From an uncultured archaeon (lineage in GTDB: Archaea; Hadarchaeota; Hadarchaeia; Hadarchaeales; Hadarchaeaceae), in NCBI GenBank assembly GCA_937921735.1, contig CAKZTQ010000017.1, forward strand, positions 1-28,926: a stretch of 28,926 bases of DNA, read 5' to 3'. Below, piece by piece: positions 1-9,368 of the stretch (position 1 is the stretch's first letter; every line of letters begins with the position of its first letter). The notes under the pieces are model-generated. The model had not been told where the DNA came from, did no database searches, and worked only from the letters and a program-made list of their open reading frames with translations. The position numbers and the translations under genes are program-made.

Positions 1-283
1 TGTCGTCGACGCAGGTCAGCAGGTTGTCCTTGGGCACCTTCGCCACCGCCGCCAAGTTCGAGAAGCCGCTGGGTATGGTGATCTTGACACTGTTTATGGG
101 GTCGCCAGAGGTGTTCGTGACCTTGAGCGTGAAGACCTTGGAGATGTTCTGCATGACGAACTTGGGCGCGATCTCGATGCTGGGCACGTGGGTCGCAGCT
201 GTGGTCGACGCGGAGAGCATCGAAAGCATGGTGGTGATCATCAACGCGGCTACGATCGCTGGTAACAATTTCCTACTTTTCAT
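1..283 (-). CDS. Secreted/cell-surface protein (possibly S-layer-like), N-terminal part; runs off the window edge
   Basis: Not in the ORF track. Manual translation from ATG 283: MKSRKLLPAIVAALMITTMLSMLSASTTAATHVPSIEIAPKFVMQNISKVFTLKVTNTSGDPINSVKITIPSGF..., a basic+hydrophobic signal peptide followed by beta-strand-like sequence. SD GAGGTGA at 288-294; no stop before position 1. Confidence 0.8.
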   Translation of the reverse strand, partial: MKSRKLLPAIVAALMITTMLSMLSASTTAATHVPSIEIAPKFVMQNISKVFTLKVTNTSGDPINSVKITIPSGFSNLAAVAKVPKDNLLTCVDD

Positions 284-323
284 CCATTCACCTCATTTAA
301 TTGCGGGCTTACATATACCGCCT

Positions 324-334
324 CCCTATTTAAG
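324..334 (-). promoter_or_regulatory. Putative TATA box (TTAAATAG) for the secreted-protein gene
   Basis: TATA-like element about 45 nt upstream of ATG 283 on the minus strand. Confidence 0.45.
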
Positions 335-752
335 CATTGCGACCCTGAGAGGGGGAGATGACCAAAAGAGGTCTATAAAAGCTAATTTTTGCGAAAAAAG
401 ACCGTTAAAAGCTGAAAAGGACATCGACAAATGCCGTGTATATGTGTCTAACGGATCGACGCGCGTAGCCGTCGAAAGGCGAGTTTCCCAGACGGGCCCT
501 GCGTTCATGGAAGTTTGCTGTTTGCTGCAGTTATGCGGGAGATGGGGGCGGCCTATGCTTGGCGACATCCCAGGGCCGCCAAAAGTCCAGCTGCGACGAC
601 TTGACTATGGTTTCGCGGCGGTCTTGAAATCCTCTTCGGGTGGCGAAGGACGTGAAGTAAAACCTGATGACATCGGCCTCCACCGCGGTGTGACCAGCGA
701 TCGTTTTGGAGGGGAGCGGCACCAACCCCGAACTTTGGATTTAGGATTTGGC

Positions 753-766
753 AAAGGGTTATATAT
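753..766 (+). promoter_or_regulatory. Putative BRE/TATA promoter of the proteasome-exosome superoperon
   Basis: AAAGGG followed by TTATATAT about 55 nt upstream of the psmA ATG. Confidence 0.6.
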
Positions 767-818
767 GTTCCCGCTTTACGAATTATAGCATCACGATCAC
801 TGACGAGAGGGATGGAAA

Positions 819-1571
819 ATGGCTTTTGTGCCACCCGGTGCCGGATACGACAGGGCGATCACCGTGTTCAGCCCTGACGGCAAGCTTTTCCAGGTCCAAT
901 ACGCCCAGGAGGCGGTCAAGCGAGGCCTGACCGCCCTGGGCATCAAGGTCAACCAAGGCGTGGTCTTGGCTGCGGAGAAGAGGGTTCGGAGCAAGCTGGT
1001 GGAGGAAGTGTCCATCGAGAAGATCTTCCAGGTAGATGAGCACATAGGCGCCGCCGCCTCGGGACTTATCGCCGACGCGCGCATCCTCATCGACCACGCG
1101 CGCATAGAGGCGCAGATCAACCGCCTGCGCTACGACGAGCCCATAAGCGTGCAGTCTCTGGCCAAGCGCATAGGTGACATAAAGCAGCTCTACACCCAGC
1201 ACGGCGGCGTCAGGCCCTTCGGCGCGAGGCTCCTCATCGCGGGCGTCGACGCTGATGGCCCGCACCTCTTCGAGACCGACCCCAGCGGGGTCGTCGCCGC
1301 CTACAAGGCGCAGGCCATAGGCGGAGGGGCGACGACGGTCACCGAGCTCCTCGAGCGCAAGTACGACGAGACCATGAGCCTGGACGACGCCATCCTGCTA
1401 GCCCTCGAGGCCCTCCGAGGGGTCATCGAGGGGGAGCTAGAGCCCGATAAGGTGGAGATGGCGGTGGTCCCGACGAAGACGAAGAGGTTCGCGAAGCTCA
1501 CCACCGAGGAGATCGCGAAATACGTGAAGCAGCTCGGCTCCAAGTCCCCAGCCAAGCCCGCCGAGGAGTAG
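819..1571 (+). CDS. psmA: Proteasome subunit alpha
   Basis: N-terminal GYDRAITVFSPDGKLFQVQYA signature; GGVRPFG motif. Confidence 0.98.
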   Translation: MAFVPPGAGYDRAITVFSPDGKLFQVQYAQEAVKRGLTALGIKVNQGVVLAAEKRVRSKLVEEVSIEKIFQVDEHIGAAASGLIADARILIDHARIEAQINRLRYDEPISVQSLAKRIGDIKQLYTQHGGVRPFGARLLIAGVDADGPHLFETDPSGVVAAYKAQAIGGGATTVTELLERKYDETMSLDDAILLALEALRGVIEGELEPDKVEMAVVPTKTKRFAKLTTEEIAKYVKQLGSKSPAKPAEE

Positions 1572-1582
1572 CGGGGCCAATT

Positions 1583-2275
1583 ATGGTTAGGCTGGAGGAC
1601 GCGGTAATCGCGAGGCTATCCATACACGGCACTACCTTCGAGGTGCTCGTCGATCCCGACCTAGCCCTAGCCTTGAAGTCAGGGCAGGGCGTGGACGTGC
1701 GAAGCGCGCTGGCGATAGACAAGATCTTCAAGGACGCGCGAAAGGGCGAGAAGGCATCCGACGAGATGGTGCAAAAGTTGCTCGGCACGACCGACCCCTT
1801 CAAGGCGGCGGAGGAGATCATCAGGAGGGGAGAGATTCAAGTAACGACGGAGCAGCGCCGCAGGATGAGGGAGGAGAGGATGAGGCAAGTGGTCTCCCTC
1901 CTCTCCAGGCGGGCGATAAACCCGCAGACGGGCCTGCCCCACCCGCCGGCGAGGATAGAGGAGGCGCTCGAGAAAGCGGGCGTCCACGTCGACGAGTTCA
2001 AGGGCGCCGAGGAGCAGCTGCCGGCGATCGTCAAGGCGCTGCAGCCCATCCTGCCGCTGAAGTTCGAGGTGAGGAAGATAGCCGTCAAGATCCCCGCCAC
2101 CTACGTGGGCAGGGCTCAACGCGTGGTGAGGAGCTTCGGCACGGTGAGGCAGGAGCAGTGGCTAAACGACGGCTCTTGGGCGGTGATCATCGAGATCCCC
2201 GCGGGCGTGCAGGCGGAGTTCTTCGACAAGCTCAACGAGCTCACGAGGGGAGAGGCGCAGACGAAGGTGCTCTAG
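1583..2275 (+). CDS. sdo1: Ribosome maturation protein SBDS/Sdo1
   Basis: FEVLVDPD, IFKDARKG, INPQTGLPHPPARIE motifs; canonical position between psmA and rrp4. Confidence 0.96.
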   Translation: MVRLEDAVIARLSIHGTTFEVLVDPDLALALKSGQGVDVRSALAIDKIFKDARKGEKASDEMVQKLLGTTDPFKAAEEIIRRGEIQVTTEQRRRMREERMRQVVSLLSRRAINPQTGLPHPPARIEEALEKAGVHVDEFKGAEEQLPAIVKALQPILPLKFEVRKIAVKIPATYVGRAQRVVRSFGTVRQEQWLNDGSWAVIIEIPAGVQAEFFDKLNELTRGEAQTKVL

Positions 2276-2971
2276 GTGCTCCACGTCCAAAACCGCGAAC
2301 TGGTGGTGCCGGGCCAGCTGCTGGCGGAGGGGGGCTACGTGATACGCCAAGGCGCGTTCCGCGAGGGGAGCAGGATCTACTCATCGGTCGTGGGGCTTGC
2401 GGACCTCCACGGGCAGGAGATCAGGGTCATCCCCCTTCAGGGGCGATACATACCCAAGCGGGGGGATGTGGTGATAGGGGTGGTGATAGACACCCACTAC
2501 TCAGGCTGGATCCTGGACCTGAACTCGCCCTACGTGGGCAACCTCTTCGTGTCCGACCTCCTGCGCAGGAAAGTCGACCTCATGCGGGAGGACATAAGCA
2601 AGTATCTAGACGTCGGCGACGTGCTGGTGGCGCAGGTGAAGGACGTGGACGAGCTCATGCGGGTCCAGCTCGAGGCAGGCGAGCCGGGGCTGGGGAGGGT
2701 CGAAGGGGGGAAGCTAGTGGAGATCTCGCCCGCGAAGATCCCGAGGGTGATAGGGAGGAAGGGGTCGATGCTCAACACCCTCCAAAGCGTGAGCGGCTGC
2801 AGGCTCAAGGTCGGGCAGAACGGGAGGGTGATGATATGGGGGGACGACCAGCGAATGGTGAACGCCGTGGTCGAGGCTTTGCTCATGATCGAGCGGGAGG
2901 CGCACACCTCGGGCTTGACCGACAGGGTGCGCGCCATGCTTGAGAAGTTAAAATCGGAGGGAGGGGAGTAG
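2276..2971 (+). CDS. rrp4: Exosome RNA-binding subunit Rrp4 (S1+KH)
   Basis: LVVPGQ, YIPKRGDVVIG, KH motif PRVIGRKGSM, GQNGRVMI, IEREAHTSGLTD. Confidence 0.97.
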   Translation: MLHVQNRELVVPGQLLAEGGYVIRQGAFREGSRIYSSVVGLADLHGQEIRVIPLQGRYIPKRGDVVIGVVIDTHYSGWILDLNSPYVGNLFVSDLLRRKVDLMREDISKYLDVGDVLVAQVKDVDELMRVQLEAGEPGLGRVEGGKLVEISPAKIPRVIGRKGSMLNTLQSVSGCRLKVGQNGRVMIWGDDQRMVNAVVEALLMIEREAHTSGLTDRVRAMLEKLKSEGGE

Positions 2972-3700
2972 ATGGAAAAGCCGGAAAGGTTGATCGTCGA
3001 CGGCAAGCGGTTGGACGGCCGCGCGCCGGACGAGTTGCGCCCGTTGAGGATAAAGGCGGGGGTGCTGAAGAGGGCGGATGGCTCCGCCTACGTCGAGCTC
3101 GGTAGGAACAAGATATTGGCCGCCGTCTACGGGCCGAGGGAGATGCACCCCAGGCACCTCCAGCAGCCCGATACGGCCGTGTTGAGGTGCCGCTACAACA
3201 TGGCCCCGTTCTCGGTGGAGGAGAGGAAGAGGCCGGGCCCGGATAGGCGCTCCGTCGAGATATCGAAGGTGGCGAGGGAGGCGCTCGAGCCCGTGGTCTT
3301 CCTAGAGCTCTACCCGAGGGCGGCGATAGATGTGTTCATCGAGGTGCTCCAGGCGGACGCGGGCACGAGGACTACGGGCATCACCGCCGCCGCGGTGGCG
3401 CTCGCCGACGCGGGCATACCGATGCGGGACCTGGTGGCGGCGGTCGCCGTCGGCAAGGTGGACGGCACCATAGTGCTCGACCTCACGAGCGAGGAGGACC
3501 AGTGGGGGACTACGGACATGCCGGTGGCGATAATGCCGAGGAAAAAGCTTATAACCCTGCTGCAGATGGATGGTCACTTCACGGGTGAGGAGTTCAGGCA
3601 GGCCCTCTCCTTGGCGTTCAAGGGCTGCGAGCAGATCTACGAGGCTCAGAAGCAGGCCCTGAGGGAGAGGTATTCGGTGAAGCGTGAGGAGGGAGAATGA
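2972..3700 (+). CDS. rrp41: Exosome catalytic subunit Rrp41
   Basis: RNase PH fold: RLDGR..ELRP, ADGSAY, YGPRE, YNMAPFS, QADAGTR. Confidence 0.97.
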   Translation: MEKPERLIVDGKRLDGRAPDELRPLRIKAGVLKRADGSAYVELGRNKILAAVYGPREMHPRHLQQPDTAVLRCRYNMAPFSVEERKRPGPDRRSVEISKVAREALEPVVFLELYPRAAIDVFIEVLQADAGTRTTGITAAAVALADAGIPMRDLVAAVAVGKVDGTIVLDLTSEEDQWGTTDMPVAIMPRKKLITLLQMDGHFTGEEFRQALSLAFKGCEQIYEAQKQALRERYSVKREEGE

Positions 3701-4464
3701 TGTACGAAATAGTGTCGACGGTCAAGCGCGACTACATCATCGATCTCGCGAGGCAGGGAAAGCGGGTGGACGGCCGCGCGCTCGACCAGTACCGCGAGAT
3801 ATCCGTGGAGAAGAACTTCGTCGAGCCGGCGCAGGGCTCGGCGCTCGTCAAGCTCGGCAACACCCAAGTGCTGGTGGGCGTGAAGCTGGAGCGGGTGGAG
3901 CCCTTCCCCGACGAGCCCTCCAGCGGCGTGCTCATCGTCAACGCCGAGCTCTTGCCCCTGGCGTCGCCCACCTTCGAGCCCGGGCCGCCGGACGAGAACG
4001 CCATAGAGCTCGCGAGGGTGGTCGACAGAGGGATCAGGGAGTCGAAGGCCATAGACCTCGAGAAGCTGGGGATCAAGCCAGGCGAGGAGGTTTGGGCGGT
4101 GTTCGTCGACATCCACGTGCTCGACCACGACGGCAACTTGATCGACGCCTCAGCGCTGGGTGCGATCGCCGCGCTCTGGAGCATGAAGCCACCCGACGTC
4201 GAGGATTGGAAGCTGCCGGAATTCCCCATCTCGAAGAAACCCGTCGCCGTGACCATCGCGAAGATAAACGAGAGGCTGATGGTCGACCCGTGCCTCGACG
4301 AGGAGAACGTGATGGAGGCCAGGGTGACGATCACGACCACGGAGGACGGCAGCATATGCGCGATGCAGAAGGGAGGGGTAGGCTGCTTCACGCCCGAGGA
4401 GCTGGAGGCCGCCTACGAGCTGGCCAGGGCGAAGGCCGAGGAGCTCAGGAAGTTCATCGGGTGA
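3697..4464 (+). CDS. rrp42: Exosome subunit Rrp42
   Basis: [46 protein letters not shown]; ATGA overlap with rrp41. Confidence 0.97.
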   Translation: MMYEIVSTVKRDYIIDLARQGKRVDGRALDQYREISVEKNFVEPAQGSALVKLGNTQVLVGVKLERVEPFPDEPSSGVLIVNAELLPLASPTFEPGPPDENAIELARVVDRGIRESKAIDLEKLGIKPGEEVWAVFVDIHVLDHDGNLIDASALGAIAALWSMKPPDVEDWKLPEFPISKKPVAVTIAKINERLMVDPCLDEENVMEARVTITTTEDGSICAMQKGGVGCFTPEELEAAYELARAKAEELRKFIG

Positions 4465-4468
4465 TCGC

Positions 4469-4747
4469 TTGGGTAGGACGAAGAAGGTCGGGCCGGCAGG
4501 CAGGTTTGGGCCGAGGTACGGCACCAAGGTGAGAAAGCTCGTCGCCGAGATCGAGCGCAAGCAAAGGCAGGCGCACAAGTGCCCCAGCTGCGGCGCGGTC
4601 AGGGTGAAGCGGGTGGGCACCGCGATCTGGCAGTGCAAGCGGTGCGGCGTGAGGTTCGCGAGCGGGGCGTACGTGCCCTCGCCCACCGCTGCGGCCCAAG
4701 CTGGGGCGCCGACCGAGGCGGAACGGGAGGGCGGTAAGGGTGTATAG
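4469..4747 (+). CDS. rpl37ae: 50S ribosomal protein L37Ae
   Basis: TKKVGPAGRFGPRYG, CPSC...WQCKRC zinc ribbon, GAY; TTG start. Confidence 0.96.
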   Translation: MGRTKKVGPAGRFGPRYGTKVRKLVAEIERKQRQAHKCPSCGAVRVKRVGTAIWQCKRCGVRFASGAYVPSPTAAAQAGAPTEAEREGGKGV

Positions 4748-4871
4748 GTGCAACGGCTGCGGCAGGACGTTCGGGAAGATGGAGCAGGGATCGGCGAAGT
4801 GTCCCTTCTGCGGCTCCCGCATCCTCCTCAAGGTCCGCTCAAGCGTCGTCCGCAAGGTTGCGGCGAGGTAG
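4740..4871 (+). CDS. rpoP: DNA-directed RNA polymerase subunit P (Rpo12)
   Basis: Below the ORF-track cutoff. Manual translation from GTG 4740: MYRCNGCGRTFGKMEQGSAKCPFCGSRILLKVRSSVVRKVAAR*; CxxC..CPxCGxRILxK signature and canonical position after rpl37ae. Confidence 0.93.
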   Translation: MYRCNGCGRTFGKMEQGSAKCPFCGSRILLKVRSSVVRKVAAR

Positions 4872-5438
4872 ATGTTGATAACCACCTCCAGGCGACCCAC
4901 CCACCGCGCGAGGTTGCTCGGGAGGGAGCTCGCTAGGGTTTTGCCCGGCGCGGAGTACGTGCCCCGGGGGCTTAAGACCGTGGAGAGGTTGGCGTCGATG
5001 GCTGGCTCGAGGGGGCACGACTTGGTCATGATAATAAACAGCGGCGTCGATCAGCCCCGGGAGCTCCGCTTCCTGCACGCGGGGCCGGGCTGGAGGTGGT
5101 CCCACGCGAACATCGAGCTCCGCGAGGTCGAGCTGCAAAGGGACTTGGGCAGGAAGGTTGAAGCAAAGGTTGGGGCCATCGCCTGGCGGGGCTCCGCGGA
5201 GGCCCAAGAGTTGGCCGGGCTTTTAAGCGCACTTTGGGGCCTGCCCTTGGTCGAGCCTTCGTCCCATCGCGGGGCCATCGCCCTCGTCGTGGGCGATGGG
5301 GAGCTCGAGCTACAGTTCAAGGAGTCTCCCACCTCGGGGCCGATCGGGCCGACGCTGCGCGTGGCGAGCTTCAAGGGGGAGGTAGCTTATGGTGAGGGCG
5401 AAGGGGGCAAGCGCGAGGGTCGAGCTCGTGTTCGATGA
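4872..5438 (+). CDS. Brix-domain (Imp4-like) ribosome biogenesis protein
   Basis: MLITTSRRP..R.R.L..EL......Y..RG.K Brix N-terminal motif; superoperon position. Confidence 0.88.
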   Translation: MLITTSRRPTHRARLLGRELARVLPGAEYVPRGLKTVERLASMAGSRGHDLVMIINSGVDQPRELRFLHAGPGWRWSHANIELREVELQRDLGRKVEAKVGAIAWRGSAEAQELAGLLSALWGLPLVEPSSHRGAIALVVGDGELELQFKESPTSGPIGPTLRVASFKGEVAYGEGEGGKREGRARVR

Positions 5439-5646
5439 CGAGGAAAAGGCGAAGGCCATTCATAGCTCCCTGAAGCTGGAGGAGCTGCCGGAGACGGCGA
5501 GGTGCAAGGTCGAGGTCGCGAGGAGGAAAAACGTTTTATTTATAGAAATAGATGCAAGGGATACTGCCGCCCTACGTGCGGCGTTGAACTCGTTCCTGCG
5601 TTGGACGATGGTCGCGCGGGATGCGATAGAGGCGGTGGGGAAATAG
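5389..5646 (+). CDS. pcc1: KEOPS complex subunit Pcc1
   Basis: I.A.D..ALRAALNSFLRW signature; between Brix and pfdB. Confidence 0.92.
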   Translation: MVRAKGASARVELVFDDEEKAKAIHSSLKLEELPETARCKVEVARRKNVLFIEIDARDTAALRAALNSFLRWTMVARDAIEAVGK

Positions 5647-6009
5647 ATGGAAGAACTTCCTCCGCAGCTGCGGCATCAACTGGCGCAGTACCAGCAGGCG
5701 CAGCAGCAGGCCCAGGCGCTGCTCGCGCAGAAGCAACAGCTGGAGCTAGCCCTCCGCGAGACCGAGCGCGCCCTCGCCGAGCTAGAGAAGCTGGAGGAGG
5801 GGGCGACCGTCTACAAGAGCGTCGGGGGGATCTTGATAAAGACGGGCAGGGCAGAGCTGGCGAAGGAGCTGACGGAGCGAAAGGAGACCCTCGACCTGAG
5901 GATCAAAACGATAGAGCGCCAGGAGGGGCGAATCCTCGAGCGCCTGCGGGAGATGCGGGAGAAGCTGCAGGAAGCGCTCAAGTCTAGGCAGCCGGTGGGG
6001 GCGGGATAA
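5647..6009 (+). CDS. pfdB: Prefoldin subunit beta
   Basis: LPPQL..QL..YQQ.QQQ coiled coil, VYKSVGGILIK hairpin. Confidence 0.96.
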   Translation: MEELPPQLRHQLAQYQQAQQQAQALLAQKQQLELALRETERALAELEKLEEGATVYKSVGGILIKTGRAELAKELTERKETLDLRIKTIERQEGRILERLREMREKLQEALKSRQPVGAG

Positions 6010-6024
6010 GACCTAGGAATTCCC

Positions 6025-7023
6025 ATGAGGGAGCTCGTCGATTTCCTGGCTGATGCAGCCAGGCGCGGCCTGCGGATCTTGGTGCTCTGCCACCACAACG
6101 CCGACCCGGACGCCGTCGGCAGCTCGCTAGCGCTTGCGGAGGCCCTCAATCGGCTGGGGGCCAGAGCCCTCGCTGGAACCTCGGAGGGCATCAGCCGGAC
6201 GGCGAAGGCGGTGCTGGACGCCGTCAAACGGGAGGTGGCGGTGGACCCCCCGCTCGACGCCGACGTCGTGGTGCTCGTGGACACCTCGAGCTTGGAGCAC
6301 CTGGGCAAGTTAGGCGAGGAGATAAGGAGGAAGGCGGGAGAGCTTGAGATGGTCGTCATCGATCACCACAGGCCCGTCGAGGAGATGCGGAGGATCGCGA
6401 AGCTTTACCACGTGCGCGAGGAGCTGGCCTCGCAGTCCGAGCTCACCCTGCAGCTCCTCCGCGAGCTGGGCGTGGAGCTCACGCCCGACATGGCATTCCT
6501 CCTCCTCGCGGGCATCGTGAGCGACACCGGGCAGTTCAGGCTGGCGAAGGGCGAGACGTTTGAGGCGGTGCACGCGCTGATTGGGGCAGGAGCGGACTAC
6601 CGGCGGGTGCTGGAGGCCCTCAAGCCGGAGGAAGACATGTCCAGGCGGGTCGCCCTCCTCAAGGCCGCGCAGAGGTCGGAGCTCCACCACCCCCACGAAA
6701 AGTTGGTCGTGTTCTCGGAGGTCGGCTCCTTCGAGGCGGACGCGGCCGCGATGTTCGTCAGGATAGGCGCGGACGTCGCGCTCGTGGGCTCCGAGGACAA
6801 GGGCAGGATAAGGATATGCGCTAGGGCCAGGGAGGAACTTTTGGAGACGACCAACCTCCACCTCGGGGACCTGATGTCGGAGCTGGCGAGGGACTTCAAG
6901 GGCTCGGGCGGAGGCCACGCCGGGGCGGCGAGCATGACCGGCGAGGGGAAGTTGGTCGAGGCCAAGAAGCGGGCGATGCAGATACTGCGGCGAATGCTCG
7001 AGCCCAAGTCGAGCGGTGGTTGA
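6025..7023 (+). CDS. DHH/DHHA1 family phosphoesterase (NrnA-like)
   Basis: HHNADPDAVGS, LVDT, IDHH, GIVSDTG, GGGHAGAA motifs. Confidence 0.92.
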   Translation: MRELVDFLADAARRGLRILVLCHHNADPDAVGSSLALAEALNRLGARALAGTSEGISRTAKAVLDAVKREVAVDPPLDADVVVLVDTSSLEHLGKLGEEIRRKAGELEMVVIDHHRPVEEMRRIAKLYHVREELASQSELTLQLLRELGVELTPDMAFLLLAGIVSDTGQFRLAKGETFEAVHALIGAGADYRRVLEALKPEEDMSRRVALLKAAQRSELHHPHEKLVVFSEVGSFEADAAAMFVRIGADVALVGSEDKGRIRICARAREELLETTNLHLGDLMSELARDFKGSGGGHAGAASMTGEGKLVEAKKRAMQILRRMLEPKSSGG

Positions 7024-7954
7024 GGTGGCCAACCTCCACCGCGAGCTGGCGGAGCTGGAGCGGAGCGGGTACCGCCTTGTGGGCAGGCACAAACATGCCG
7101 CCGTTAAGGTCTGCCACTGGACGAGGAAGAGCCTCCTCGATCGAGGAATTTGCTACAAGGAACAGTTCTACGGAAGGGAGCTAGGCGTGAGGAGCCACCG
7201 ATGCCTCCAGCTCACGCCCAGCCTCCCGTTCTGCGACCACAAATGCGTGTTCTGCTGGAGGAACGTGGACATAACTTATCCAAGCTGGATAGGCGACGTC
7301 GACGAACCAGGTGAGATCTTGGACGGCGCGATCTCGGCCCAACGGCAGCTCCTGAGCGGCTTCAAGGGGAACCCCAGGGTGAACATGCAAAAATGGCTGG
7401 AGGCCCAAGAGCCCAAGCACTGCGCGATATCTTTGGCGGGAGAGCCCACGATTTACCCCAAGATAAGCGAACTGATAGAGGAGTGCCATAGGCGAGGAAT
7501 GACCAGCTTCTTGGTCACGAACGGCCTGCACCCGGAGGTCTTGAGGGAATTGAAGGAACCGACGCAGCTCTACATCTCCGTCGTCGCCCCGGACGAGGGG
7601 ACCTACGAGGCGACCTGCAGGCCGCAGGTCAGAGATGGTTGGAGGAGGTTGAACGAGAGCTTGGAATTGATGAGCTCCTTCTCCTGTCGCAGGGTCATGC
7701 GCCTCACCCTAGTCAAGGGATTGAACCTGAAGGATGCGGAGGGCTACTCGAGGCTGATCGAGAAGGCCGAGCCTGACTTCGTCGAGGCCAAGGCCTACTT
7801 CGCGGTGGGGTTCTCGAGGTCGAGGCTGGGGCCCTCCTTCATGGCCTCCCATGCGGAGATAAAAGCCTTCGCCGAGGAGCTGGCTAGGTCCACAGGCTAC
7901 GGTATCATCGACGAATCTCCGGCCAGCCGGGTGGTGCTGTTAAAAGGGCATTGA
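7016..7954 (+). CDS. taw1: tRNA 4-demethylwyosine synthase (radical SAM, Tyw1/Taw1)
   Basis: HAAVKVCHW, CYKEQFYG..SHRCLQLTP, CDHKCVFCWR, HCAISLAGEPTIYP. Confidence 0.96.
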   Translation: MVEVANLHRELAELERSGYRLVGRHKHAAVKVCHWTRKSLLDRGICYKEQFYGRELGVRSHRCLQLTPSLPFCDHKCVFCWRNVDITYPSWIGDVDEPGEILDGAISAQRQLLSGFKGNPRVNMQKWLEAQEPKHCAISLAGEPTIYPKISELIEECHRRGMTSFLVTNGLHPEVLRELKEPTQLYISVVAPDEGTYEATCRPQVRDGWRRLNESLELMSSFSCRRVMRLTLVKGLNLKDAEGYSRLIEKAEPDFVEAKAYFAVGFSRSRLGPSFMASHAEIKAFAEELARSTGYGIIDESPASRVVLLKGH

Positions 7955-7960
7955 CAGCCC

Positions 7961-7983
7961 TTAAAAAAGGAAAAGGGGAAGAA
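7961..7983 (-). terminator. Oligo-T/pyrimidine tract, likely terminator of the 8004-9086 gene
   Basis: Minus strand reads TTCTTCCCCTTTTCCTTTTTTAA about 20 nt after the stop codon, between convergent genes. Confidence 0.5.
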
Positions 7984-8003
7984 GTGCCTTAGTTGCCCTT
8001 CGC

Positions 8004-9086
8004 CTAAGGCATCTTCTCCCTCCATCTCTGTCTCAAGTTCTCGAGGAATTGCTCGCGGTGCTGGAGCATGTTCTCCCAGATCCCCTCGCCCACCAACTCT
8101 TGCTTCATGTTCTCCCACTCATGCCTCCATTGGAGCCACTGCCCCCTGAATTTGGGTTCCCATTCGCTCGCGCGCTCGAGGATGATCTTAGCGTTGAGCA
8201 GGTGCATTCTCGCAGCCTGAATTAGCCCCAGCGCACTTCGGGCGTTGTTATCCTCGTACGCTGCCACGGCTTTGTCCCTGAGCTCGATCGCCACCTCGAC
8301 GAGCCGCTCGGCGGCGTGCCTACCTGGAGCATCTTCAGGTGCTCCCTCGAGCATCCCTTGAACCTCCGTAAGCAGAAGCTCGAATTGGTCGAGCGCGTTC
8401 TCGAAGCCCGCGGCCCAGTTCGGTGGCCTTATCTCGTTCATCTTGACCTCCACGTTTATCCTGAGGTCCGCGTCGACGAGCAGGTTGTCGACGTCCAAAT
8501 ACCCGAGCACTCGCTCACGGATCCTCGCGCGATGCCTCTCCGCGATCCTCTCCAGCCTCTCCATTATCAGCCTCAGGCGAGCCCTGATGTTCTCCCTTAG
8601 CTCAGGGGACACCTGCCAGCCCCTAATGCAGTTCTCGATCCCTGCGATCTCCTCCTCCACCTCATCCGAGACATCCGGTAGCTCCTCCCGGAGCCTCTCC
8701 GCGAACTCCTTGCAGAGCCTAAGCTGCACCAGCCCGATGCCGGGCATCTGCTCCTGCATCCACCGCACGACTTCCCGCTTAGCCTCGACGTCCCCCGGCG
8801 CGACCTCGCGCATCTTGGTCACGAACTCCTCGAGGATTTGCTTGTACTCCATGCCCTTTCCCCGCTCGACCAAGCCAGCGTATTCCCTCCAGCGTTCCCT
8901 CATCTGGGCCTCGGCGCCTACTCTCTTGATCCTCTCGCCCAGCCGCTCGAGCGCGTAGAGGGGGTGATCTGGGTCCACGTCGGCCGCGTCTACCGCCACC
9001 GGCGTGGCCACCGTCGCCCCTGCCACCGCGATTATTATCGCTGCCACCGCAACCGTCGCAACTCCTCCCTGACCCAACTTCCTCAT
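8004..9086 (-). CDS. Exported/membrane-anchored helical protein with DUF5667-like motif
   Basis: Hydrophobic N-terminus (VATVAVAAIIIAVAG), then VDPDHPLYALERLGE resembling the P(D/G)xPLYxLKRxxE motif; remainder charged and helical. ATG 9086 preferred over GTG 9095 because GGTGA serves as SD. Confidence 0.7.
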   Translation of the reverse strand: MRKLGQGGVATVAVAAIIIAVAGATVATPVAVDAADVDPDHPLYALERLGERIKRVGAEAQMRERWREYAGLVERGKGMEYKQILEEFVTKMREVAPGDVEAKREVVRWMQEQMPGIGLVQLRLCKEFAERLREELPDVSDEVEEEIAGIENCIRGWQVSPELRENIRARLRLIMERLERIAERHRARIRERVLGYLDVDNLLVDADLRINVEVKMNEIRPPNWAAGFENALDQFELLLTEVQGMLEGAPEDAPGRHAAERLVEVAIELRDKAVAAYEDNNARSALGLIQAARMHLLNAKIILERASEWEPKFRGQWLQWRHEWENMKQELVGEGIWENMLQHREQFLENLRQRWREKMP

Positions 9087-9368
9087 TTTCCTCACCTTTT
9101 TCTGGTTCGGGTTTAGCTCCCCGCGCCGCCCCTATCGCGCGCGCGGCTCATCGATTTCACCCAAACCTTTAAAAAAGCGAATACTTAAGGAATCTCCAAA
9201 AACCGTCTATTTTTCTTATTTTTAAACTCAATAAGCAAAAATTTTCCGAAAAATAATTTTTTAATCAATCCGATCCGTCCATAATCCTTTATTTTTCGTC
9301 TTTTCTTGGGTAACTGCTTTTTATTTTCTTACTCGAAATGCTTTTATCCGCCACCCGCCATCGGGCTT

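Noticed and set aside
570-680. RNase P RNA (AAAAGTCC) or C/D box sRNA (TGATGA)
   Set aside because: No full GAGGAAAGTCC or matching 3' P4 strand; no properly spaced CTGA D box
24-788. 254-aa plus-strand ORF
   Set aside because: Antisense shadow of the secreted-protein gene, running through promoter DNA; no recognisable motifs
2158-4532. Long alternative-frame ORFs (2158-2943, 3684-4532) and many antisense ORFs across the window
   Set aside because: Arg/Gly/Ala-rich by-products of high GC3, overlapping well-supported genes
4748-4936. 62-aa ORF after rpl37ae
   Set aside because: Wrong frame; RpoP is encoded at 4740-4871
9160-9350. Replication origin in the AT-rich spacer
   Set aside because: No ORB-like boxes or cdc6/orc1; explained by divergent promoters
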